From the IMG/VR virus record IMGVR_UViG_3300014208_000023, positions 352,001 to 416,000 of that record: a DNA stretch of 64,000 bases, one strand, 5' to 3'. Shown piece after piece: positions 27,019 to 36,233 of the stretch. Every line of letters begins with the position of its first letter. Position 1 is the stretch's first letter. This stretch comes from a virus. Lineage: Duplodnaviria > Caudoviricetes. A model generated the notes under the pieces. The model was given only the letters and a program-made list of their open reading frames with translations. It searched no databases and was not told the origin of the DNA. The position numbers were made by a program, and so were the translations under genes.

Positions 27019-27645
27019 CTAGCTCCGTCGCACTAGCGGCGGGGCTTCTTGCAATTCAGAGTAATTGAACACCTCTTCTTCAATAGAAGAAGATTTTGCT
27101 TCAATTTCTTTGATATCAGTCTTCTCTAGGCTTTGTAGCGCAGAAGTGATTGTTGGCAACATGCTGGACATGAGAGCCTCTACGGCAGAATTACCAACCG
27201 TAGTCATACCGCTTACCCTAAATTCTTTTAGGATTCTTTGCATCTTGGGATGATTGGCTAGCTGCGGAATTTGCGATACTGCCATTCCGATGAATACCGA
27301 CATTAGTGCCGAGCCAATTTCAGTATCTAGCATTTCCGATAGCATACGGATTTTGCTTTCTTCGCTACAAGACTTGCGAAGATATTGCACCAAGAATGTT
27401 TTGGTCGCACTAATTAACTGCGTCGAACCTACTCGATACGCAGCATTAGTCATGTCTGACTTGAACTGGTCTTTGAAAGTCTTTGGCTTATCATCCATAA
27501 GCGGAGCTACTGTTTTGCCCCAAGCTTCGGATATCTGTTGCATAACTGATTCAAACTTTGACGGAGAGACTTCTCCGAGATCAAACACTTTGAATTGAAG
27601 TGGTGGAGGCGCAGTGCCTTTTGGACCTTGGGTGGAATGTTGCAT
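27019..27645 (-). CDS. EFRxSG-family protein
   Basis: DMTNAAYRV..LDTEIG..KEFRVSGMTTVGNSAVE. Confidence 0.8.
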   Translation of the reverse strand: MQHSTQGPKGTAPPPLQFKVFDLGEVSPSKFESVMQQISEAWGKTVAPLMDDKPKTFKDQFKSDMTNAAYRVGSTQLISATKTFLVQYLRKSCSEESKIRMLSEMLDTEIGSALMSVFIGMAVSQIPQLANHPKMQRILKEFRVSGMTTVGNSAVEALMSSMLPTITSALQSLEKTDIKEIEAKSSSIEEEVFNYSELQEAPPLVRRS

Positions 27646-27653
27646 TTATAATC

Positions 27654-27977
27654 CTAGTAAGCTAATGGTAGAAAATCTAGACCGTAGAAATGAACTAGGA
27701 GTTGCCTAATGCTTTTAACTTTGCTTCTTTTAGAAGCGGACTCTAGTTTAGCCAAGGCATCCCTAGAAAGATTCCTATAGAACACATTAATCATTTCTGT
27801 GGTTGGAGCGACCACCTTACTCATTAAGTTGTCAGTGAATGCTCCAGTGTCGGCCGTAAAACAATATGGGCCCTTAACAACAAAATAGATTATTTCTGTT
27901 TTGCCCAAAAAGGCCAGTAAGATACTTAAACGATCTACTTTTGTTTCTTCGTCATCGGAAAGGCATTTATTTATCAT
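27654..27977 (-). CDS. hypothetical protein
   Basis: ORF in chain. Confidence 0.55.
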   Translation of the reverse strand: MINKCLSDDEETKVDRLSILLAFLGKTEIIYFVVKGPYCFTADTGAFTDNLMSKVVAPTTEMINVFYRNLSRDALAKLESASKRSKVKSIRQLLVHFYGLDFLPLAY

Positions 27978-28869
27978 CTATACCTATCGTTTCATAATTG
28001 ATGCCACTATCTCTATAGCTCCTATGCGAATTAGGAAGTTTCTCTAGGCTATGAAAGTAAGGGCAAATGTATTCTGTTTTTACTAACGTTGCAGACGTTG
28101 CTGAATCTATTACTGGAATTCCAGTAGCAACCTTAAGATAGTTCTTGAATAGACTAGATATTAGCTCTCTTTTTTCAGAGGAGAGACCCTTATCTTCAAG
28201 ATAAAGCCTTTCTAATAGAAGCCTCATATAACCATCTTTATGTTTTACAATGCGTACTACCGCTCTTGCGGCCATTCCAGAGCCATACGTTATGGTTCTT
28301 CCGCGACGGAGCGTGTTGTCCGAAAGATAAATGATTCCGCAATATGGATCAAGTATTGATCCTGCTAAGCTGGCCGGATGACTGCTATGCCATGACATGC
28401 AAGAGGCAATCCCCCTCATGCTCATGGTCGCAATGTCCCAAGGATGGGCTGAAAATTCAACCTTCTTTCCTAGAAAGAAGTCCTTATCTTTTAGCTTTTC
28501 TTGTCTAGCAAGCTTAAACGCAGAAAATATATTATCTCTTTTGGTGCTTGAGACATATAACTCAATCGATCTAATTATTTGATAGATAATAGAGGACTGA
28601 ATGGTCGTTTCATTCAGTGACATTCCGCCATCAGGAAGGCCTATTTCATTAAATACTTTGACCACATCATTATATTTATTGACGAATAAGTATTTAACGA
28701 AATCAGGTAAATGAAGGCGCGCATCGAAACGATTAGTGTATCTATAATCGTCGTCGTAATGATTGCGCCTAGCATTAACGGGAGCCATGTCTTCCAGCTC
28801 AAAAGACTTGCTATAAAAGATTTCGGATAATGAATAGGTTTTATTCTCGCTGGTGGCAATGTCTTTCAT
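27967..28869 (-). CDS. conserved-Cys WDxxTxSMRG family protein, paralog 5
   Basis: WDIATMSMRGIASCMSW..LAGS..RAVVR..ERLY..SYRD. Confidence 0.85.
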   Translation of the reverse strand: MKDIATSENKTYSLSEIFYSKSFELEDMAPVNARRNHYDDDYRYTNRFDARLHLPDFVKYLFVNKYNDVVKVFNEIGLPDGGMSLNETTIQSSIIYQIIRSIELYVSSTKRDNIFSAFKLARQEKLKDKDFFLGKKVEFSAHPWDIATMSMRGIASCMSWHSSHPASLAGSILDPYCGIIYLSDNTLRRGRTITYGSGMAARAVVRIVKHKDGYMRLLLERLYLEDKGLSSEKRELISSLFKNYLKVATGIPVIDSATSATLVKTEYICPYFHSLEKLPNSHRSYRDSGINYETIGIDDK

Positions 28870-28881
28870 TAAATGAAGACC

Positions 28882-29076
28882 TCAGCCTACCGATGCCTGA
28901 ACCACAATTCCTTTTTCTAGCTCAATCTTGACGCGATTCATGTTCATCATCATGTCAGACATGAGAACCTCATCATCACGACGAGTTACCTGAACCTCAA
29001 AACCTTTTGTAGCTTCGTTAGCCGCCGATTCGGTCATACCGACAAGGGACTTAATCAAATCTTCTGATAGCATCAT
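28882..29076 (-). CDS. peptidase inhibitor I78-like protein
   Basis: LVGMTESAA..VTRRD..MMMNMNRVKIELEKGIVVQASVG; start placed after terminator. Confidence 0.55.
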   Translation of the reverse strand: MMLSEDLIKSLVGMTESAANEATKGFEVQVTRRDDEVLMSDMMMNMNRVKIELEKGIVVQASVG

Positions 29077-29101
29077 AACCTCGAAATTAAGAATAAGAAA
29101 T

Positions 29102-29127
29102 CCGGCCCATTCAAAAGAATGGGCCGG
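29102..29127 (-). terminator. intrinsic terminator
   Basis: 11-bp CCGGCCCATTC/GAATGGGCCGG stem followed by U-rich tract on minus strand. Confidence 0.7.
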
Positions 29128-29134
29128 GTTGGTG

Positions 29135-29332
29135 TCAGCGCAGAACGACGATCGCCAATAGGACGGTAAAGACCATAAGCGCAACCATCATGCCATACTT
29201 CCAGAGTAGAGCGCGAAGCTGAGCCTTGACGAGCTTGTAGAAAAGCTCCACAAGCCTACCGCCCCACAGCTTAACGAGTTTCCATACAAGTGCCAACATA
29301 TTAGTAACCTTTCTTGAAAAGGCAAGGCTCAT
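29135..29332 (-). CDS. small membrane protein
   Basis: C-terminal hydrophobic helix. Confidence 0.55.
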   Translation of the reverse strand: MSLAFSRKVTNMLALVWKLVKLWGGRLVELFYKLVKAQLRALLWKYGMMVALMVFTVLLAIVVLR

Positions 29333-29360
29333 TTATAGTCCTGCCGCTATTGGTGATATA

Positions 29361-30395
29361 TCAGCCGCCAGCGCTCTTGGAGCGGCGGGCAGGAGGAGCA
29401 ACAACTTCCTCCTCTTCTTCCTCAGAAGACTCGACAATGCGAGGCTTGCTGGCCTCCTCTGCCGGTAGAGCCTGAAGCGCTCCGGTTAGAACTGGAAGAA
29501 AGCTCTCCATGGCAGCGCCAACGATCGCATTTCCAGCAACGGCCATACCGTTGATTCGGAACTCTTCCGAAAGCTTCTGAATGCGAGGGTCATCCTTAAG
29601 GCCCGGAGCATAATTGAGACCAAAGCCAAGCAATAGCGCAATAAGGCTATCTCCAACTTCGCTATCAAGAACCTCCTTGAGCATGGTCATATGCTCGGAC
29701 TTTCCGCCCTTGCTCTCGAAAAGCTTGACTACTCCGACCTTTACGCCGTTCGTAATCTGCGTGCCGGCGACTCGGTAAGCAGCTTCCTTCGCATCGCCCT
29801 TAACCATCTCAACGATCTTATTTGACATTGTATTTTCCTTTGTTCGAGTTTTAGAGTCTAGAGAATTTTTGTGAAAGTGTAAGTTTGTATTAGAACTGCA
29901 AATGAATCTTCGCTTATCAACGTTGGGAATATTAAGTTTTGCAATCTCATCCCTAACTGACTGGCCCATATCTTTCAGAAGATAGCCGTACTTATTATCA
30001 TCAAGCATTATGATCGATGAATGACCAAAGATATTTGTATTCACTACTGTAGCAAATAGCTTTTCATCTTTACTCACTTCATTGGATAATAGTCTAGAGT
30101 CAGGTATAAAATTAGATTCATTGATAGTGAAACTAACTTTGGCTCCACACTTTACAATCTCGGACGGCGAGAATACTAAAGTAGGTCCGCCATCTATCTC
30201 ATTTACTAGATGAGTAAATCGTATGGCTTTCCAATCTTTATTTTTGTTTCTCGTAATAACGAGCGATGACTTATACTTACCGTCAGTAAGTGACGTTACG
30301 CGAGAATTAATTTCGCCTAAAACATACTCGTCATCTAGCGAAATATATACTTGAAGAGGCAAAGGCCTTCTAGCATCACAACCGGTTTTGATCAT
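29361..30395 (-). CDS. EFRxSG-family protein with N-terminal extension (possible internal start at 29828)
   Basis: DAKEAAYRV..LDSEVG..EEFRINGMAVAGNAIV; AAGGA SD before MSNKIVEM. Confidence 0.75.
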   Translation of the reverse strand: MIKTGCDARRPLPLQVYISLDDEYVLGEINSRVTSLTDGKYKSSLVITRNKNKDWKAIRFTHLVNEIDGGPTLVFSPSEIVKCGAKVSFTINESNFIPDSRLLSNEVSKDEKLFATVVNTNIFGHSSIIMLDDNKYGYLLKDMGQSVRDEIAKLNIPNVDKRRFICSSNTNLHFHKNSLDSKTRTKENTMSNKIVEMVKGDAKEAAYRVAGTQITNGVKVGVVKLFESKGGKSEHMTMLKEVLDSEVGDSLIALLLGFGLNYAPGLKDDPRIQKLSEEFRINGMAVAGNAIVGAAMESFLPVLTGALQALPAEEASKPRIVESSEEEEEEVVAPPARRSKSAGG

Positions 30396-30414
30396 CGCCG
30401 CCTCGCTTGTTTAG

Positions 30415-30443
30415 AAGATAGGTCGCCGGTCGCGCGGTGTCAA
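30415..30443 (-). promoter_or_regulatory. sigma70-type promoter
   Basis: TTGACA-17 (GC-rich)-TATCTT. Confidence 0.65.
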
Positions 30444-30609
30444 GGGCCAGGGCGACGAAGGCGCTATTCCCTGGCATTAGACGTACTCGCCGGCCAGTCA
30501 TCGGTGCCGGCCTGCAAAATAAACGCCTGAATTGAAGTTGCGAGGCTCGCTACGTCAAGAGATAGATTATCAAATAATATCGTTCTTGCGAAGAGAAACT
30601 AAAGAACGC

Positions 30610-30634
30610 TGACTGGCCTCCATTAGGCCAGTCA
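30610..30634 (-). terminator. hairpin / terminator
   Basis: 9-bp TGACTGGCC/GGCCAGTCA stem. Confidence 0.55.
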
Positions 30635-30673
30635 ATGTATCATTTAGCCTCTTTCTCTCTTCAGGAGAGAGAT

Positions 30674-30817
30674 TCACTGCTTCTGCTCTAACTCAGAGAG
30701 ATTTTCGGGCTCTGTAGTCTCATCTACGAGCTTCTTGTTAAAGACCTTGTTCTTTAGGTAAATCGCTCCAAGAACAAAACAACATAGAACTGAATAGCCG
30801 ATCATTTTATCACGCAT
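30674..30817 (-). CDS. small single-TM protein
   Basis: Start moved to MRDKMIG; hydrophobic helix. Confidence 0.45.
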   Translation of the reverse strand: MRDKMIGYSVLCCFVLGAIYLKNKVFNKKLVDETTEPENLSELEQKQ

Positions 30818-31043
30818 TACGAGCTCCTTTTCCAGCAGTTTTCTTGTCATTACAGTCCGCACAAATCCACTTCATGGGAGATTCAACGCGAACCGATACG
30901 GTGGCGAATCCTTCTTTGCGAGCGTTTTCAGACGCCTCTCCAGCATCGATTCCAGGCTTCTTTAGTTGAGCCCCGCAGTAATCGCAAAGGCAGGTCCAAG
31001 TATGAGTTTTCCAAGCCGGAGCATTAAATTGTCGAATTGCCAT
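30810..31043 (-). CDS. Zn-finger protein
   Basis: CDYC..CADC. Confidence 0.65.
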   Translation of the reverse strand: MAIRQFNAPAWKTHTWTCLCDYCGAQLKKPGIDAGEASENARKEGFATVSVRVESPMKWICADCNDKKTAGKGARNA

Positions 31044-31209
31044 TTTGTTTTCCTTACCGAACTATATCTAGAACACACAATAGAACAAGAATTGATGTAG
31101 ATGATAGAACCAATGCTGAAAATATATCAGCTAACTTTTTATCCGGCTCATTTCTGACGGCAAAAAAAGAAATAATTCCAATCCATATAACAATAAGTAT
31201 CATACTACA

Positions 31210-31752
31210 CTATTTTGGTGAATCGCAAAGCGCACATTCTTTTTCTTTGTTATGAAAGGAATGGTCGCATGAACCTTGTAAAAACTTTATTGCCGCGATT
31301 CCAGCCTTATCTAGGGTATCTCCTTTGCCGAACTTATCAGCAAACTTCTCTAATGAGGTTAGGGCTTTGGACATCTTGCGACCCTTAACAATATCTCTAA
31401 AAATCGGTTCAAGATAGGAACGATTATCAAGATAATATTGGACATATCCATTATTATAAATGATGGCAGGGCCGTCTTCTCTATGATACTGGCCATTCTG
31501 CATCCAATATTGGTTGCCTTCGGCAGTAATTACTGCTGGGCCACCTTCTCTATGTTGGCGACCTTTTAGCCACCACTCTTTAGAGCCGTTAGCATATTCC
31601 AACGCTGGCCCGTCTTCTCTATGAAGTCTTCCGACTATCGAGTATTTGATTGTTCCGGCAGCATCTACCGTTCTAACTGGAACTATTGGAGCTTTGACTA
31701 CTGGCTTCTCTTTTTTTGGTTTAAGAATTTTAGACATTAAGATTACTTTCAA
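31210..31752 (-). CDS. HRxDGPA-repeat protein
   Basis: LHREDGPA, QHREGGPA, YHREDGPA. Confidence 0.8.
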   Translation of the reverse strand: MKVILMSKILKPKKEKPVVKAPIVPVRTVDAAGTIKYSIVGRLHREDGPALEYANGSKEWWLKGRQHREGGPAVITAEGNQYWMQNGQYHREDGPAIIYNNGYVQYYLDNRSYLEPIFRDIVKGRKMSKALTSLEKFADKFGKGDTLDKAGIAAIKFLQGSCDHSFHNKEKECALCDSPK

Positions 31753-31880
31753 ATAAGAATAAGAATAAGTATAGCAAAGATTGTTACCACATCACAAGTG
31801 TCGGATTCAGAGACGCCCCACCAACGCGCTCTAGCCTTAGCCGACAAGGCCTTCCATCTAAAATGGAAGTTACCAACTGG

Positions 31881-33605
31881 TCACTTACCTAGCGTATTCT
31901 TGGCAACCCAAAGGCAGGCTACTACGTTTAGCATTGCCCAGACACGCATAATAAGAGTACCAAAGACGAATTGAGACTCACCTAGCCAAGCGGTCTGCAT
32001 TAGATATGCAGCAGTTCCAATTGCCAGACCACCAGCAAGAGCCCGGAAAACTGGACGATGGAAACCAACGGCAACCAGAGAAAATGCCGGAAGAACGTTT
32101 GCGAGAGGAAGCCAGCTATGAAGGCTAGTATGCCAAACTAGATCCCACTCTCCAAGAGGACGAGAAAGAAGCTCTCCTAGCCAACGGAAGCTGCCCATGT
32201 AATTAAGGGCTCCGACGAACGGAAGGAAGAATAGAGCGCCTACGGATGCCACGACTGCCGCAACTCCAGCCACAATCTGCGAGCGTCCGGCAAGTAGTGT
32301 CTTGTTATTCTTCTTTAGAACCGTAAGAAGAACGAATGCAAAGAAAGCTAGGAATCCTACCCTATAGATGATGTGCTTCATAAAGACCGATGACGTAGCA
32401 CTTTCTGCGTTTAGAATGCCGGCGCCGAACTTTGAGGCATCCTGTTTTTCAACTGCACTGCCCTGAAGGATTTCTAGAACCTTATCAGGATCAGTAACTC
32501 CCTGAGACATAATTAGCGCGGCGGCGGCACTAACATGAGGGGTAGCCATTGAGGTGCCATTGAACGGAGAGAACTGTCCCTGTCCCTTACCACCCTCTGA
32601 AATAGTCTGCTGAGTGACTGCAACTCCGGGAGCCGAAATAGCCACTTCCTTGCCCCTTGAAGAGAAGGTTGCAAGATTATCGCCCTGATCCGAAGCCGAG
32701 ACGGCTACGCATCCCTTGTTTGCGGCGGGATAACCAACTGAACCGCCAGAATTACCAGCGGCACACGAAAGGAAAACTCCCTTACTGTGAGCATACTTTA
32801 CTGCCTTGGCTACAACGGCACTGTCCGCGCTTGAACCAAGCGAAAGACTGATGACGTTAGCTCCATGATCGGCAGCCCAAACAATGCCTTCTGCAACTCC
32901 GGCCATTGTCCCAGAGCCAGATGCCGAAAGAACCTTCACTGGCATAAGCCGAACACAATGCGAAAGCCCGGCGACACCAATACCATTATTGGTAACTTGA
33001 GCAACCGTTCCGGCACAATGACTTCCATGTCCCTGGTCGTCATGCGGTGGCTGACCTGGAGAAACGAAATTGTAACCAGGAACGAATGCTGCTTCCTTTA
33101 GATCCGAAAGGACCTTGAACCCATTCGTCTCTTCTGCCGTAATGCCGGTATCAACTACCGCAACGGTAACTCCCTGTCCGCAAGAATACTTCCATGCAGT
33201 AGGGGCGCCAACACGTTCCATGTGCCACTGATCCTTATACTGCGGATCATTTGGAGTATAAAGAGCGTGAGCCATAAGAAGAGGCTCTGCAACTTCAACC
33301 CTAGGATCGTGAGCCATACGAGAAAGAACCTGATTCTCCATCTGAGGATCTACCATAGCAACGGCGATGTTGCCAAGATGGTGAGATTCAGGCGAATTGT
33401 CTCGGATAACAATCCCATAATCTTTACCAAGCTGCTCGATATCGGCAGCAGTAAGGTTGTCAGCAAGGTCAAGCTCCATCTGACCCGGAACAACATCTCC
33501 AACAACGGAAGTTGGATCAACCTCTGTTGGAAGGAAGTTGCTCTTTGGTTCGCTACAACCAATAAAAGCCATAGCAAGCAGTGGCAGAATCATTTTCATG
33601 CGCAT
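31881..33605 (-). CDS. S8 (subtilisin-like) serine protease, lipoprotein with C-terminal TM domain
   Basis: Lipobox AFIGC; triad VVDTG, HGSHCAG, GTSMATPHV; multiple C-terminal TM helices. Confidence 0.92.
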   Translation of the reverse strand: MRMKMILPLLAMAFIGCSEPKSNFLPTEVDPTSVVGDVVPGQMELDLADNLTAADIEQLGKDYGIVIRDNSPESHHLGNIAVAMVDPQMENQVLSRMAHDPRVEVAEPLLMAHALYTPNDPQYKDQWHMERVGAPTAWKYSCGQGVTVAVVDTGITAEETNGFKVLSDLKEAAFVPGYNFVSPGQPPHDDQGHGSHCAGTVAQVTNNGIGVAGLSHCVRLMPVKVLSASGSGTMAGVAEGIVWAADHGANVISLSLGSSADSAVVAKAVKYAHSKGVFLSCAAGNSGGSVGYPAANKGCVAVSASDQGDNLATFSSRGKEVAISAPGVAVTQQTISEGGKGQGQFSPFNGTSMATPHVSAAAALIMSQGVTDPDKVLEILQGSAVEKQDASKFGAGILNAESATSSVFMKHIIYRVGFLAFFAFVLLTVLKKNNKTLLAGRSQIVAGVAAVVASVGALFFLPFVGALNYMGSFRWLGELLSRPLGEWDLVWHTSLHSWLPLANVLPAFSLVAVGFHRPVFRALAGGLAIGTAAYLMQTAWLGESQFVFGTLIMRVWAMLNVVACLWVAKNTLGK

Positions 33606-33620
33606 TTTTTTATTCCTTAA

Positions 33621-33806
33621 TCAAGAGGAGTAGATTGGATTGTGAATTTCAAGCTCAAGTTTTTCAGCATAACCACGCGCCATCATATATCGCGTGACAA
33701 ATGATCCGCCTGAAAGAAATCTAAAAGCAGCCTCATCTATATCTTTACCAGTTAAGCGGCAAAAAGAATCGGCTCTGCTCAATAGAAATTTTCCAATTGG
33801 AGACAT
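33621..33806 (-). CDS. hypothetical protein
   Basis: ORF in chain. Confidence 0.5.
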   Translation of the reverse strand: MSPIGKFLLSRADSFCRLTGKDIDEAAFRFLSGGSFVTRYMMARGYAEKLELEIHNPIYSS

Positions 33807-33811
33807 TTTAA

Positions 33812-34054
33812 TTACGCCTTTGTCTTGCGGCGAGTTGCTTTTGTCGCTTGGCTGATGATTGTTAGAAGAGGACCCTTGACCTTTTTACGTTCCTCTTTTT
33901 GAGCATTAATTGCTTCGCCAGCCTTGTTGGCGAACCAATCCTTGGCGGTCTGGTCTCCTGCCGCAACTAGATCGCGAGCGAACTGTTTGAGAGTTAGGCC
34001 TTTACCGCCCTTTTTAAATAGAAGCTTGATTTTAGAACTTGATTTTGCAGCCAT
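33812..34054 (-). CDS. small basic protein
   Basis: AAGGA SD, Lys/Ala-rich. Confidence 0.65.
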   Translation of the reverse strand: MAAKSSSKIKLLFKKGGKGLTLKQFARDLVAAGDQTAKDWFANKAGEAINAQKEERKKVKGPLLTIISQATKATRRKTKA

Positions 34055-34062
34055 GATATTCC

Positions 34063-34452
34063 TTATAGTTTTGTGAAATCGAGAGGTATTCTATTTCCTA
34101 GCCACATAGCTAGGTTGGAGTGTTCTTCTAAAGCATTACCAGTTAATGGGTGTATCAGAACACTGAGTTCTTTATGATTTAGAATTAACAGTTGAAACAC
34201 TAGGCTTATTGATTCATAACCAATTTGAATTTGGAACATTGGTTGCGTATGAGGACCTACTAGCTCATCATGCATGCTTCCAATTCTAACATTACCACCA
34301 TCTATTGTGCCGTCATCAATTAATGATGTGAAGTATTCTCGGAGTTCAGAAGCATACTTCTGATGCGGGCGGTATGGTTTATTCCACCACCCCGATGGGT
34401 GGCCATAATATATGTGGGCATGGAATCCAGAAATATCTTCAATGCCTCTCAA
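34063..34452 (-). CDS. DOPA 4,5-dioxygenase family protein
   Basis: FHAHIYY, VGPHTQPMFQ, LSVLIHPLTG..EEH..AMWLG. Confidence 0.85.
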   Translation of the reverse strand: MRGIEDISGFHAHIYYGHPSGWWNKPYRPHQKYASELREYFTSLIDDGTIDGGNVRIGSMHDELVGPHTQPMFQIQIGYESISLVFQLLILNHKELSVLIHPLTGNALEEHSNLAMWLGNRIPLDFTKL

Positions 34453-34811
34453 TTTGGACCCAAGAAATGAAGGATATAGGCAATAACAAGAATGATTCCT
34501 GTTCTGGCTACCGTTTCTCCGGTAGTTACCGCCAAGTCTTCTAGGGCAGTAGAGTTCTCTCTTGCTGCGGGCTCTCTAATATGATCTCCATTGTTCTTAT
34601 AAACATTCACAAGAACTAGGGCCGATAGAAGCACTCCGCCCATTGCTGTCCAAAATGGAAGTCGAGGAAGTCCAAACATCGGTATGATGAACCATTTCCA
34701 AAGTTTCATTAGAGCAAAGGCTCTGCATGGATATGGTATAGCGAATAGAAGAACGAAAAGTCCTGCTTTGCTAATTGTCCGAGACATACTTTTTAGATTT
34801 TCTTTTGTCAT
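34449..34811 (-). CDS. membrane protein
   Basis: Three hydrophobic segments; starts 9 nt after copy 8. Confidence 0.65.
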   Translation of the reverse strand: MTKENLKSMSRTISKAGLFVLLFAIPYPCRAFALMKLWKWFIIPMFGLPRLPFWTAMGGVLLSALVLVNVYKNNGDHIREPAARENSTALEDLAVTTGETVARTGIILVIAYILHFLGPN

Positions 34812-34819
34812 TTTACTAG

Positions 34820-34890
34820 TGACCTGTCCAGGGATCGAGTCTGGATTACCTTACCGAAGTAAAGCGTTCTGAACATTAAACTAACAGGCC
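34820..34890 (-). ncRNA. tRNA-Glu-like RNA, copy 8
   Basis: Identical to copy 3 through the discriminator base; trailer CUA. Confidence 0.9.
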
Positions 34891-35040
34891 GTAATGACAC
34901 TTACTTATAGTGTCGAAGCGGTTTATTTTGACGTTAATAAACAAAACGTATAGACAACCAGGCTATAACTGAGGCATATTTCATTCCAATGATGCCAGCG
35001 GAATCTTCTTATCATGGGATGGAAAGAAGCAAAGATGGAA

Positions 35041-35073
35041 GAAAAGCAGCATAGCCATGTGGTACTGCTTTTC
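35041..35073 (-). terminator. hairpin downstream of tRNA-Gly
   Basis: GAAAAGCAG/CTGCTTTTC stem then pyrimidine tract. Confidence 0.5.
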
Positions 35074-35076
35074 CAG

Positions 35077-35148
35077 AGCGGGCGGACGGACTCGAACCGA
35101 CAACATTCTGGTTGGAAACCAGGAACTCTACCATTGAGTTACGCCCGC
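35077..35148 (-). tRNA. tRNA-Gly(UCC)
   Basis: GCGGGCG acceptor, U73, loop UU-UCC-AA, GGUUCGAGUCC. Confidence 0.95.
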
Positions 35149-35153
35149 GAATA

Positions 35154-35345
35154 TTACGATTTCCTTTTAAGGATCTCTTCTGAAGCGATATTACCAATCA
35201 TATTGGAAAGAACCGAATTCGTTACTAGCACTCCGCTAATGTTGGTGGCGGCCGACATTAGCGCCTTGGCCATTTCCTTAAACTCTTCGGTAGCCTTCTT
35301 GCCATCTTCAGAAAGTTGGCCTGCATCATTATAAATCTGCTTCAT
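35154..35345 (-). CDS. hypothetical protein
   Basis: ATGA-coupled ORF. Confidence 0.55.
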   Translation of the reverse strand: MKQIYNDAGQLSEDGKKATEEFKEMAKALMSAATNISGVLVTNSVLSNMIGNIASEEILKRKS

Positions 35346-35686
35346 ACTGGTCTTTCGGTATTAAGAGTTTTAGAGCCTAAAGATACGAGCCCAATGCCAT
35401 CAGCGTCTAGCTTAAAAGCTTCTATAGCAAAAGGAGGAATTTCTTCCCTACACATTATCCAGTTTTTGAATGTTGAACACGATAATGAAAACTTCATCAA
35501 AACAATAACCTGCCTATTAGTAATCTTTACATAGGCCTTGGCCGTTTCTGGATTATCAGAAACGTATGGGTTACGATCTAGCCGCATAGTTATTGCTCCT
35601 AGCAAAAGCTTATGGAAATAATCCATGCTAGCAAATGGCCCATTAGGATTCGCGTTCAATATGTAGCTTTGATAAAGTCGCATCAT
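35342..35686 (-). CDS. hypothetical protein
   Basis: Start moved downstream of promoter (MMRLYQ). Confidence 0.55.
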   Translation of the reverse strand: MMRLYQSYILNANPNGPFASMDYFHKLLLGAITMRLDRNPYVSDNPETAKAYVKITNRQVIVLMKFSLSCSTFKNWIMCREEIPPFAIEAFKLDADGIGLVSLGSKTLNTERPV

Positions 35687-35702
35687 CGTCTCGTCTATAC
35701 AT

Positions 35703-35731
35703 AACGTAAGTCGCGATCGGCGCGCTGTCAA
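35703..35731 (-). promoter_or_regulatory. sigma70-type promoter
   Basis: TTGACA-17 (GC-rich)-TACGTT. Confidence 0.65.
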
Positions 35732-35754
35732 GGGGCAAAACGCCACGGCTGAGC

Positions 35755-36024
35755 TTACGCTCGCTCAATTGGCAGTAGCGATATGTCTATTTTGCCAGAT
35801 ATATTGCTATCTGTTTTAAAATAAATGATCGATCCTTTTACCTTAACCGAGGTGCAAAGAGACCCTCCTGCCATCCTAAACATTAGAGGCTCTATTAGAG
35901 AGGCCTCTTCTATCTTGAAGATTTTGTCTTTATGATAGAAAGAGAGAACTCCTCTAGCCGAAGCCAATTCAGTCGCGGATAGCAGGTATGATTTTTTACC
36001 TGCCTCAGCTATAAAAAAGGGCAT
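35755..36024 (-). CDS. hypothetical protein
   Basis: ORF in chain. Confidence 0.55.
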   Translation of the reverse strand: MPFFIAEAGKKSYLLSATELASARGVLSFYHKDKIFKIEEASLIEPLMFRMAGGSLCTSVKVKGSIIYFKTDSNISGKIDISLLPIERA

Positions 36025-36233
36025 ATCGTCTCTACTCGTGAATATCTACTTCAAATAGATTTCCATTAGAATCAGTTCCAATAACTGAAAACTTCAGGCC
36101 GGTACGATCGCGAAGCTCTCGTAGAACGGTCATCAAGGCTTTATAGGCCATTGACGACTTATCGCTGATCTTCTTCGTTTCAGACTTATCGAGATGCATT
36201 GCTGGTGTCATGTTACTATTCCTTTATAGAAGG

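Noticed and set aside
31797-31872. GC-rich hairpins after the S8 gene
   Set aside because: Compatible with ordinary terminator or leader structure; no tRNA or riboswitch signature recognised
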